NCBI GenBank assembly: GCA_036172245.1
Contig: JAYWIR010000019.1
Location: 2,976,001-3,040,000 of the forward strand
Direction: 5' to 3'
From: Raillietiella orientalis
Taxonomy: Eukaryota
DNA length: 64,000 nt
Each line of letters begins with the position of its first letter. Positions within the stretch are counted from its first letter, which is position 1. The notes below the pieces were generated by a model. The model was not told the DNA's origin, did not search any database, and saw only the letters and a list, made by a program, of their open reading frames with translations. Shown in pieces: positions 24,700 through 36,170 of the stretch. The position numbers and the translations under genes were made by a program.

Positions 24700-26199
24700 C
24701 AGGCAAATAAAGCTGGAAATTCAAACGGACTGCGTTCCATGATCCGGAAGGAAAAAGGAAAGGGACGCTTCAACCGCCGGAAATATTCTTGGGGATCGCA
24801 CATGTCGCACTTATTTATTTGTTCTTTTTTTTTTAATTTTAATCATTATTATCCAATCGTGAAGGGGAAAGTCATGATGCGACGTGGACAGTTTCCGTCC
24901 TCCGGAGGTACCATTTGGGGGGAGCTAAATCCAGGGGGCTCTCACGGTCCATCACACTTTTCCATTTCCTTCTCCCCCCGCGCCGCCGTCTGCGGAGGGG
25001 CGCTTTACGGAAGCTTCAGAGAGTCTAGGAAGATCGGAAGAAAGGCAAAGAACCGAGACTTCAAGAGCTCTCTTGTGTCTTCAGCAAGCATGAGAGGAAG
25101 GGACCCTCAGAACGCGCGCAATCCATTTGACTCCTCCACCCGCGCGACCTACGACGTTGGATTCCCACTCTGGAGACGTCATTTAATCTCTAAGACAACA
25201 TGTGATGTCTGCGGATGAGGTTTTTCATGCTGGACGGATGGGTGAACTGGGCCGCAGGCGTGGTCATCTCCGGGTGGGGCACGTGGACTCAGGAAAGAGG
25301 AAACCTTTTCTTCTGGTCCGGCCGCATTCATGGGTTCTGGGCAGTCCACTGCCCAACGGCGAAAGTGTTCGGGGCGCCTGCATGACACCCATCGGTCGGG
25401 CACGTAAATGACGAAAACCAAGAGGTTCAGAGATGAATCTCCCAGGTTCTGGGACTTCACGAGTGCTGCTCTGGAGGCGAAGCTCAACCGGACAGCCACT
25501 CACCCAAGACCAAAATCGATCGATGGGATCGATCTCAAGGGAAGAGGGATCCAAGCTCGTGGGATCGCCTCTTCGAGATCAGTTATTGTTTGCTGATACA
25601 GAAGCGTCAATGGATTTGCGCACTTGCGAGCGTGGCAGAGAAAGAGAAAGGGAAAGAGAAGGGCAGTGTCGGTGGTGCAGGGCAGTCAGAAAGACGGAGG
25701 ATCGATTCCATCAGAGGTTCGACAACGGGCACAAGATGGCGCTCGCAGCTCACACGACAGTGGCTGGTGTCCAGCGACTTTTATGAGGAGCCAAAGGTGT
25801 CTCATCCTCCAGCTTTTCAATCATACAGTTCTGCGCTCAAACGATGGGTCACTTGGGTGTGCCTCCTGTGCTGGACATCCGAAGCACCGTCGTCTTACTA
25901 GACCAGTCTGCACAAGGTCTGGAGGTCATCACCAAGCTCTGCAGCAGAAACTGTTGTTTGGGGACCTTGCAATCCCAAGTTGCGAGCGCTCGGGTCTCAC
26001 TTGACCTTGGGGTTCTCGGGTGTGCAGGGGCGTACCTTTCCAGTGCTTTCCTCAGAAAAATCGGTCCCGCGCGGAGGAGACGTGCGACGCGATTCCTTTC
26101 CCTCAGGAAGAGGTCACGTTACGGTCAGCCGCTTCACTCCTGGTGTCCTTTGGCAGCAGACCAAGAACCACTTCTCATCGTGCCGCCTTCTTGGTACCT
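24700..26199 (+). mobile_element. L1/Tx1-like ORF2 RT remnant, 5' part (interrupted by family A copy C)
   Basis: Motifs in order: LNPGGSHGPSHFSISF (KSPGPDG..EFY), RKIGRKAKNRDFKSSL...NARNPFDS (KILAK.LANRL...GRSIFD), PFLLVR...GSPLP, LPGSGTSRV, RQRAQ...WCPATF, RSTVVLLDQSAQGLEV (LYLPK..GGLG). Many disruptions. Confidence 0.55.
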
Positions 26200-26555
26200 G
26201 AAAGCGTCCCTTCGGGGTTCTCTTCTGAGGGAGAAACAAGAAGCAAAGGGTCCTTCCAGGGGGTTCCTACAGAGAGAATAAGGGAGAAAATATGGAAGAG
26301 GATCCCTTCACGGTTCCCTTCGGAGACAACCAGGGCGAGGATTTGCTTCGGGGTTCCCCTACCAAGCGCAAGAGGAAAGGACTCCTTCCTCCGGAGCTTT
26401 CCTGGACTCAAAGAGTGGTCCCTACGGGGTTACCCCCTATAATTTGAAGAGTTCCACGCACCCTCAGGTGGCGCGGACAGTGTTGAAGAGTTCTGTAAGC
26501 TCCCCCTGAGGAGGCGAACGGTTCTTCAGCCTTCGGCGAACCAAAAAAGAAAAAA
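26200..26555 (+). mobile_element. Family A SINE-like element, 5'-truncated 3' half with A tail (copy C)
   Basis: Aligns to about 42013-42326: hairpin units, ACGCACCCTC..GTGGCGCGGACAGTGTTGAAGAG...TCTTCAGC...GCGAACC, then AAAAAAGAAAAAA. Confidence 0.8.
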
Positions 26556-26589
26556 GCTGCAAGGAAATCAGCGGAAACAGAAGAATTAC

Positions 26590-26930
26590 AAAAGCATTTG
26601 CACCACCCTAGATCAATTGTATTGACCTTACCATGAGGTCACTACTGGCCTTTTTTCTCAAACAGAAAATGGAAAAAAGACGCGGTGTAAACGGTGAGCC
26701 GTCTCCTTGGTGCGGTCGATCAAGCTGCCTGGCACGGGGGAGGAAGTATTGAGCGCGGCGATTTCGGGTCTTTCGCTCTGTTTCCGTCACCGACGCATAG
26801 CCATCCCGGAGCTGTTTCCCGGCTGGGATGCTGAAGGGACCCAGGTTCGCAGCACGGGGCATTTGAGTTCCGTCTGCCTCGGGCAGATGCGCCGTACGGC
26901 TCTCTGCCCGGAACCGAGTGCTGCGCAGGG
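26590..26930 (+). mobile_element. L1/Tx1-like ORF2 C-terminal (zf-RVT region) remnant, continuing 24700-26199
   Basis: IDLTMRSLLAFFLKQKMEKRRGVNGEPSPWCGR resembles the DL.WR..H..LPT..RL.RRG...SP.CPRC region that precedes the terminal zinc finger. Confidence 0.45.
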
Positions 26931-28646
26931 ACTACCTTCCTCGCTCCCACATCCGTTTCCATGGAGACCCCCTTTGTGCTCAGGGCACATATGCTTTCCC
27001 TCCATCTATCGTGCCGTGAAAGAGGTCCGGGTCACTCTTTCTTCTGCAAGGGGATCCACTGCCAAGTAGGGATCGACCCCGTCAGTGGAATTTCCACCCT
27101 CTCAGCTCCGGTCGCTGGTCCTACGTAGGACTTTCTCTCGACCCCATCCCTTTTAAATTCCTCTGCTCTGAGAGACAAAGGAGAGGGGCTCCCTCTTCGC
27201 TCCTCGCCCTGGTCGGATGGGTCTGTCGCAATTCGTGCCTGAAGGAGGCGGGAATCCCTTCCTGCTCCACTGGGAAGTAGCCAGAAACCCCCTTATCGGC
27301 TTCTCAATCTTCCTCTTAGGGAGGATGGCCACCCTCTCCCCCCAACCGGATGATGTGGGCCGGAGCGCGCCGTCTCATTCGTTTGGTGGGGAGTAGGGGG
27401 CAGCTTCCTTTGCGAAATGTTTCCAGGATCCTTCCGAAATGAACTGCTCGCTCGCTCCCCCTCTGACACGTACTGACCGAGTGGTGTCCGGCGCGGACGT
27501 CCGCTGCGGCAACCAAAGGTGCAGCCGCGCCGCGGTAGCTTGTTGTCTACCTATCATCCACCCATCGCTTCAACTCGCACCCCGTTTCCCCCTTTCTTAA
27601 TTCTGTCTCTTACGCTTTCCGGAAGACTCGCACGTCTCCTCGGAAGGAGGGGGCTTTGCCATCGTGGATGGGAGAGGATGCTGCGATCTGCTCCGCTCGA
27701 AAACATCCTGACATCGCTCCGCGATTTTTCGGAGAGACCTAGGAGACTTCTCCCCCTTTTGTTCTGGAGGTCTGGGAGCACCAGCCAGAGAGAAGAGCAG
27801 GGAGCTGCGGCACATAGATGGTGCGGAGAGGAAAAGGCGAACGGAAGAGCTTCTGTAGGACGGAGGAGGAGGAGAACGCTGCCTCATCAGACTTGTCATC
27901 AAGCGACCACGGTTTCCAATCATCGCCCTGGAGCAAGTCGCCAGTGGAGAGCACTGACAAACTGGGCAGTTTCGGAGCACACACGAATCTCAGATGACCT
28001 TGGCCTTGTGATGCCGATGCCATGACCTCAGTGGAACGCGGAACAACTACGGGTGCCATTCCAGCCTCACTGGACTGCTGAAAGAATGCTCCGAAGGATG
28101 CTTGCAGATTCCCGGAAGTGTTCCAGCAGTGTCATCAGAACGATTAGAGAATGCTCGAAGGGTGGGCGCAGAGGCTCCAGCAGTGCTATCAGAATTCAGA
28201 AGTCTTCCAAGAGCTCATGGACAGTGCTCGAAGGACGACTCACGTTGTAGACGTGGACCCACTGAGAAGATCTCCCATTCCTCTCAAGCAGGGAGTCTCG
28301 GAGAGGAAATCTTTCCTGACTGTCCGCTTCCTTTTCCCTGCGGGGTTTGAAATGACCCAGCAGAACAGAGCGTACTGCGTCCTCGTGCAGAGGTTGAGCG
28401 GAGTCCAGGGAAGATGCAGGGACGCCAGTTCGGTCCTTCTCCACTTTCTCCTCGATGCCCTCTATGCTTTCTACCTTCACTCCACCCCACCAGCTCCTCG
28501 TATGCGGATCGCAAGACGCCCAGGGGCATGCGTTCCTATCCAAAGGCGCCTTGACACATCCACCCATTCCAGAGACGTCCGGAGACCTCTCTTGCGCTTG
28601 TTCTACTCCGTTTGCGTCCCTGATCACTCTTGCCGCTTCTTTCCAG

Positions 28647-28950
28647 GAGGAGCGCTGCATGACAAGCTCGAGGAGGAAGACATCTGGAATCCGGGGTCGT
28701 CCCGCGGTTTCCGCAGCTTCCTGACGAGGGCACTATCTGGACTGTGGACGCTCGCTAGGAGCCCCGGCCGGCAAGAGTCACCACGTCCCTCCCTGTACCG
28801 GAGGGACGGCTTCAAGGCGGAGAACGCGAACCGCGAAGACCTGCTCTTGGAGATCCTCAGCGAGTTCTCCAAGACGTGCCTGATGAACTTCATCACCACG
28901 GTCAAGTTCTTTGCGCGCCACCGCAGCTCCGACCCTTTGATGCCCAAGGA
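28647..28950 (+). other. Putative exon or pseudo-exon of an unidentified gene
   Basis: Pyrimidine tract with TTCCAG acceptor, an open frame with G/C-ending codons in its 3' half (...REDLLLEILSEFSKTCLMNFITTVKFFARHRSSDPLMPK), and a GTGAGG donor-like site. Product not recognised. Confidence 0.3.
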
Positions 28951-31699
28951 GTGAGGAACTTTCCGCGGGCGGCTGCTGCTGGAGGTACCAGGGCAGGAGG
29001 AAAAAGAAGGGGACAGCGCTTCCCGCCCCTCCCGGGCGAATCATGCAGGACGTGGGGCTAGTAAAAGGCTGGCATCGGCATGGGGCACTCCCGAGGGAAC
29101 AGGAGAAACTACGCTTTGGGGGTAGAGGCGTGGACACGCTCCTGGGACCACTCGTTCAGTGGAAGGACGCCGGCTCGCTCTTTTCCGGAACGAGCTGTGG
29201 GACGGTGGAGGGCAAAGTCTGAGAGAGGCATCGGATGGCGATTCCGGAGCGCTGCCATGGTTTCATGCCCGGGATCCGTCGCTCAGGACCTCTTTCCTTC
29301 TTCTTTCCCGAGGCCGGAAGGGGTCAGGAAGAAACTGTCCCTTGATGCTGGACTGCGCCGCTTCCCTCCCAATCCTTCTCTGCCACCTCGCCTCGCTGGG
29401 AGCTGGAGGACGACGGAAGGGCCACGCCCTTGAGCTCTACTGGTCCTGTCGTAGCTTCCCGTCTGGGTCTGAGGTGCCTTTCCTCGCGCCGCTCTTTCTC
29501 AAATGCCTCCCGAACCTCTGCCGGCCTCTGTGCACGCGTATCCTTCGCCCTGCATAGGGGGGGGGGGGGAATTCCCCGTAGCTCGTCGCCCAGAGGTCAC
29601 GTGCTTGACCTCCTTCCACGAGGGGTCTGCTGCATCCGCTGCCCTCTCGAGGAACCTGCGACGCGACTGCAGGAGCCACGTGGAACGTACGGAAAGCCGT
29701 CCTCCTGCTGGTGCGATCCGATTGACGCGTGCTCCAGCCTTCTGCGACCTCTACCGCATTGGTAGCCGCAGCGCGTTTCTTCTTTCCTTAAGAGGTCCAC
29801 TCCCTGGAAAGGGAGGAGAACCGGTCCGGGCGACAGGAGGAATCTCGGGCGGACTTCCGGCAGCTGCAGCGACAGAAGAGCGATGGCATCTCTGCTTCAT
29901 TCCTGTGCGTGTCTCGAGGCCGCAGAACCGAGGTCTTCCCTCGGGGTCAGGTCTCTCGCATCGCTCCGGGTCGCCTACATCATCTTCTCGGGCGCCCGCC
30001 GGGAGAGTTTCGTTAACCCATGCCTTCTTCCCCATGCCTTGCTCTTTGGAGCACGCGTGCTGCAAAGAGCGCCGAAGGCTATAGAGAAACGATGCCGCAG
30101 TTTCCAAGGCTTTCTGGAATTTCGCCACCCGAAGCCAGTTGCAGCCACCTGCCTTTCAGGAATTCTGGCTGGCTGGCTCTCTTCTTTTCTTGCATCCTCA
30201 CCGGAGGTCGCTGAAAGAGGAGACACATTTTTCCTTGCCGCTGGTTCGCCACTGATCTCCGGTAAAAACAGAGAGGTCGCTGGAGCGATCCCACCACCAA
30301 CAGCGACTTCGTCGATGCCGGGATGACCTCTGGAAGAGAGGCACCGGAGGAGAAAGGAGCGGATCGTCTCCGGGAAAAATGCGGGCACGGTCGGGAGCGC
30401 ACCGCACACCATAATGTCACAGCCGGGACGACAGCACGAGGCCAGCGTCTCTCCAAGCTCTCCTGTGACCCCCCAGCTAAGCTTCAGGGAAAGATTTTTG
30501 CTTTTTTTTGGTTTTTGTTTTCCTTCCTCTGGCAGCACCGAGCTGCCCAGAAACATTGAGAGGTGATTGCCATCGCTCAGCCTGTCCCTGGGATTGCACC
30601 GGGTCTGGTGGTCCGGGGAGAAGGGGAAGGACTGTCCCTCCACTTCGTCCCTGAAGAAGCGATCGCCTTAGGTCCCTAGGATCGTGGCACCCAGAGAACC
30701 ACAAAGTGACGAGAGAACTAAAGATCTCTATGCGACGAACGGAGCTTCAGGAAGGAAACGATGCGCTCGAACACCAGATGCACGCAGGACGAACACCATG
30801 ATCGGCTGGGACATCAGCCGCGACGAGGTAACCGTGGCGATCACAGTCTCTCCCGTAGGATGAAGTGGATGCAAACAGCCTGGCTGTGGAAATCCCGGAA
30901 CAAGCCTCCTCCTCCTCATCCAGAGAACTCATCCAGGTCGCCTCATGAGCTCAGGAGGAGCGCCTTGTGTATCGGCTACGTGTAGAGAAATCCGCGAATT
31001 GAAGCATCGTTCCTCCGGGAAGATGCAAGGAGCACCGATCTTAGGATTACATCCCAAAATCTGACGTGCTGCGAGCGCTAACTCTCTTGCAAGGGGTGAT
31101 GCAGCGATCCAGACGAATGCTGGAAAACCCGGTCCTTTCTCTTTCCTTGCCGTTGGTGAGACGGAAGATATTGAAATGGGAGTGATGGAAGGGTAAAGGG
31201 CAGCCTGTCGGATGATCTTGATGCTGAGTCTCCAACGAGGTCGACATCGGAGGGAGTTCCTGGAGGCTTGAGATCATAGCTCTTTAAGAGTGCAAATAAC
31301 AAAGAACGGGGGGAGAGGAGTTGCCTCTCCTTCGCCTTGAAGATCTGTAAATCCCTGGATCATTGTGTTTGAATGCTCGAGGACGCTCTTCCGGGTCTTC
31401 CCACAGGTGTATTTTCTTCCTTTCTTTACAAGAAAGAAATCCACAGGAAAGGAGGTGCTGGAAGGCGCTAGAATGCGTGCTATCCGCACCGCAGTGGACG
31501 AAGACCGTGGAGCCACGGTGCGCGCTCGTGACTACTGCCTCACCAGTTGGCGCCTACTCGCCCCTTGAGGGATGCCGTGATCATGAGATTTCGCTCAGCA
31601 TTCATGAGCAAAAGTAGGAAGGAATGGAAGAGGAGGTAACTGGGGCTGCACAAGCGTCATCTTTATAGCATTCGGCCATCTCTCGGAAGAACCGTTGCT

Positions 31700-33750
31700 A
31701 CCCCGCTGCTGGACTTCCTCCTTTGAGGAAGAAAAGAAGAGAAAAGCAACGCTCCAAGTCCCCCCCCCTTAACCTCACACGAAGAATTAGCTTGGACTTT
31801 TTGCTTCTGAGGGTCGTTTATAAGGAGAAGAATTCCTGGGTGAAGCGGCGCTCCTTTCTTCCCAGTAGGAGAAAGAGCAAGGCGATCTCTCTTAGGTTCC
31901 TCTCGAATTTCCTCTCCTGAAAGAACCAGTTGAACTCTCGTGGATGCACGCGTGCTCAGGTGCAAATAAAAGTACACAGAGATGTTCCAGCAGCAGCTCA
32001 AGGGAAAATGAAGATTGTTTTCCTCTGCTTGCAGCAACCCTAGAAGGCCAGTGTGACAGCCTCTTCGCCTGCGGACCACTCCACACGAGATATTCCAACC
32101 TGTTCTTTCACTGCACAGGGGTCCCTCGAGGTTGCAAGCACAGGCATTCTTCTCTCCCTTTGCGTTTCACCCATAGGATGGATTTGAGGGTCCTGATAGG
32201 GCCAGCAGACTCAGACACGGTGTGGACCTTTCGGGCTCCTTTGACTTTCCCAACACCTCGGTGTGTGGGGTCTCGTCGGCTAGTCCCGATGCGCGCTGGG
32301 TACTTCACGACTGCATCAGGCGTCGACCCTACTGCGTACTCAACACCGAACCAATTCGCATTCGCAAAGCTACCGGGGGATGGCAAAGATGTGCCGCTTT
32401 CTCACCATGTGAACCGCACTAGAGAGAGCTAAGCACGGTTTGTTTAGCCCAGGGAACGGAACGGGCGAGTTTGGAGAAGAATTTAAGTTGCAGAAGTTAA
32501 GGTTTCCAGCCTATGAAGATGGTGGGGCAGCATCCGTAGGGCTGGATTGAGGTCCCTCAAGTCTGTCCCTGCACAGACAAATCTGAGGGTGGAACCCAAG
32601 GGTTGGTTCGGCGCGGTCTGTGATGCTCCGAGGGCGTTCGCAGCCGTCCGATCAGGGAAACGCTAAGAAGGAGGTTCGGCCGACCGCCTGTCCAAGTTCT
32701 CCGGAAGAAAATCCGCTGGACGGGACTCTGATCCCGATGGAGCATGCTAATGAGCTTATTGAGATGTATGGCTGAAGGCAAGAAAGACCCCCTCCGTCGT
32801 TTTTTCGGTCCTCAGGCTGCAGAGCTTGTAGTTGCCCTCGTGACGTCTCCAGAGCTCATGGAGCCTTCCTTCTGTCTCATGGTGGTTCCCGGAAGGGAGA
32901 AGGAGTCGGGGAACGAGGAGGAGAAACGCTCTTCTAGGGGCTGCGGACATCGCCTCCGGGGCACCCACAAGAGCACTTCCCTCCTTTCCGAAGAAGTTAG
33001 AGGATTTCTGCGGAGTGGGGCGTCTGGGCGGACAGAGACGCCTCCCACATGGGGATTTTCTGCTCCCCTTGGAAGTCTCACTCCGCTCCATCCAGAAGAT
33101 GCCACTGCTTCCGTTCCCGAGGTATTTCCTCCCCGAGGATTAGGACGGCTCCTGGAGGCTCTCGCTTGGTCTGCTCCTGCTAATCTCCAGTTCTTGTTGG
33201 TGACGCCATTTCGTTGGCTGAGAGCATCTAATCTGAAATCACTCGTGAAAGTTCTGCGACCAACACTGTGATCGGCTCTTTCCTTATGTCCGCACACTCT
33301 CCATCCTGCGTGTCTTCTCTCCAGGAGGGAAACCCTTCCCTGTAATTTCTCATTCATGCAACTTTTCGTCAGTTTCTGGCCATGCAGAAGAAAACCTTGA
33401 GGCTTCTAACCCCGACCCTCCGTCCGCGAGAGTCTTTGAAGGAGTGCCCTTCCATCTTGGATGGTGGTGGCCTCGTACCCAACGAGAATGTGCACGAGAG
33501 CAAACACGCCAGTGAGGTTGAGATTGATCTACCAACTTTTATCCGTTTCTAAGGACAATATTTTCAGATGCATATTCGAGGCAATTCTGTGGCCTTTAAG
33601 GAGGTCTCATCGGGAATCGATGCTGACAGTTGAGTCTTCCCCTTGTCTCCTAAAATGTAACCTTCGATTTCCATTAGGAGTCGAAAATATCTTATACGCT
33701 GTTCCTGAATTCGTACGGAGACTTCTCTTCCGGGTTGTCACTCGAACCTG
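31700..33750 (-). mobile_element. Degenerate L1/Tx1-like element (ORF1 and start of ORF2)
   Basis: ORF1-like ILSLETDKSW..NLTGV and a knuckle-like VCGHKERADH, then CWNISV (WKLNVS) and NLREIALLF...KERR, typical of the post-endonuclease region. Heavily decayed. Confidence 0.35.
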
Positions 33751-34679
33751 GAGATGATTTTAAGAGAGAGAGAGAGAGACAAAAGAAAAAAAACTGGATG
33801 AAGAACAAGCCACTTTCCGGCATGTGAAGGTTATGAATAAAAATGCTGCAACGTTGCCATTGTGGATGGGCAGTCGTTCATCTGAGATGCTGTTTCTTTT
33901 TTTCCCTTTTATTTCGAAACTCCTGGGATCAGCTCCAAAGGGGAAAAATGTCATCTTCGAGCAAAGGAAATTAGATTCTCAAGAGTTTGCGCACCCATGA
34001 ACTGGAGAAGAAGATGAACAAAGCCTAAGAAGAATTGTTCCTTATCATTCACTGGAAAAAGGATGAAGTTCTTTTTTTTCCTCCTTCCATTTCCCACAAC
34101 TCCTCAGGTTTTAAACTTTCTGGAGCAAGGTTCGGAGGTTGGATGGTCAAGTTGTTATTGTTGCTCCTTTATAGTAATCCAATCTTACTTTCGTAAGGTT
34201 CCCAATTACTCTGACATGTGAAAGCAGGGGAATTAAAACCATGGACCGTTAACTGAAACCTTCAAAGTCTCACACTGAATAAACAAAGCAGAGAGATCGA
34301 AAGATGCATGCCAATGAGAAAACCATTAGAATGGTCAGCGCCATTCCCTTTTAATGTCTTGCAGGGAGAAACCGGACGAAACCAATCTTCATTCGGGAGT
34401 ATGGAATAGATCCAAAGAACGTCTTAAGAAATCTAACGAGCTTTGCGAATTCCCCGAACTGATTAGAAGGCGGCAATCGAATTCTCTGATCAAACTCCAG
34501 AAACTGCGTTTGGAAAACATTCGCAATCAGCTTAATGGCATTTCTTCAGTTCTTTCCATTTGGTCTGCAATCAAGAAGCATGCACACATCCTCGGAACAT
34601 CAGCAGTGCTTCATTCAACTGCCTCAAGAATGCAAAAAAACTGGATTGATTCTTTTTTTCTACGAGAATAATGGAAAGC

Positions 34680-34920
34680 GTCGATTTACCGTGTTCCACC
34701 AGAGTAGCTCACGCAAAGGTTGCTGAGAACGCTGGATCAGGAAGTGCGTCATGGACCGCGCTGGCTTGGAGATGTACTGGCAGACGACACACTTGGTTCT
34801 CCTATCCCCTTCCCGTCCAGTCCGCAGCACTGGAGATAAAGTAACCATATCAACAGACTGCACACACAGAAAATCGATTTTCTGTCAAAAACTTGATTTT
34901 CCTCTCGGGAAAAATAGCCC
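34680..34920 (-). mobile_element. Possible non-LTR ORF2 C-terminal zinc-finger remnant
   Basis: DRRTKCVVCQYISKPARSMTHFLIQR resembles CxxC...E...HFL..C. Confidence 0.25.
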
Positions 34921-35279
34921 TGGTGTGCGTGTAAGGACTGTGAGGACCACTAGCTCTAGATTACAGTGAATTTATTTCTACCTTGGAACCATCCTCGAGG
35001 AGGAAATCCAAATCTTAAAGGACGTTATGGAATAGATCTACTCAGGTTGGTCTTAAAGGCTATAGAAATCGCTGGCTGCCAGCTTCTCAGAGCTTTGCCG
35101 TTGCTATCGTCTCGTATCATCCAGAATCTGCCACATAGCTCTTTAGTTTTGTGGCCAGTGTCTTAAGTGTCTTTGCGGCTTCTTTGGTTTTGTGCTTCCG
35201 TCTGTTGCCCGAGTCTGTTTTTGATCCTCCCTCTTTTTTTTCTCGTCCCTTGTCGGAAAGTCACAATGAAAGTCACGGA

Positions 35280-36170
35280 TTGCATTCAGCCATCCCCGAT
35301 CTTCGCGGTGGTGCTGCAATGCACAGGAGCCAAATTGGTAAGAGGGACTGCCGTTTTTTCCGTGTAGGTGTAGAATGGACAGAGTTACGTCCGTTCGAGA
35401 GCTTCAGAAGAGCGTTCGGATGCTCCTTCGAATCCTGAAGACATTTCAGGGAGACCCCTCTTCCAGGAAGTGGGTGTTTCCTGAGTATCCCTAGGAAGAG
35501 GTAAGCATATTTCAGAGGGTCTTGCACGTTCCTTCTTCGCAGAGCTTGTTCCCAGGAGTTCTCCAGCAATCGCTGAGACGCCGCTTCCTGGTTTCCCAGA
35601 ACCTGAGGACCACTGCCTTTCCGAAGATGGAGAATCATTCTGGAGACACCTGTATCGATCGAATCTTCCTGAGATGCCTTTACGTCCGCGGGTTCTCCAG
35701 CATTCGTCGACAGGTCGGGCATCTTCCGTCCCCCTGCCATAGGATCGCGCAGTTCTTTCCACCTTCGCCAAATTTGTCATCATCAAGGAAAGATTTTCGT
35801 GGAGGACGCGCATTGGCGATTTTTGTCTCCAGCGCTGAGACCGGAAACAAACTCTCATCCAGACTGCTCCTCTTATCTCCTTAGGGAATCGAGTTTTTGG
35901 TCCTGGACGCTTTTCCATAACCATCAGAGAACTCAGGATCGAGGCATCATCGTCAGCAATTTTTGGTTACGGCAGCCATCCTCAAGGTCGTTTGGAAAAC
36001 CCAGAGGGGAACTGCGTTCAGGGATCTGGAGAAATTAGAAAATGAGGTGCCGAAGAGTTTCTCGTGGACGAGAGAAATGCAAATCCGCAGCATCACTGGC
36101 GGAAGAAAGGGGAATCCAAGATCTGCAGACAGGCAGGGACCGACTTTATTTCTCTGGAAGAGCTCTCTGC
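35280..36170 (+). mobile_element. L1/Tx1-like APE endonuclease and linker remnant
   Basis: VRGTAVF, TCIDRIFL (SRIDRI), VGHLP (SDH.P), HWRFLSPAL (YWKFNNSLL), TIRELRIE, MQIRS...GPTLFL (IRSR...EKPT.YF), in the expected order. Confidence 0.45.
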
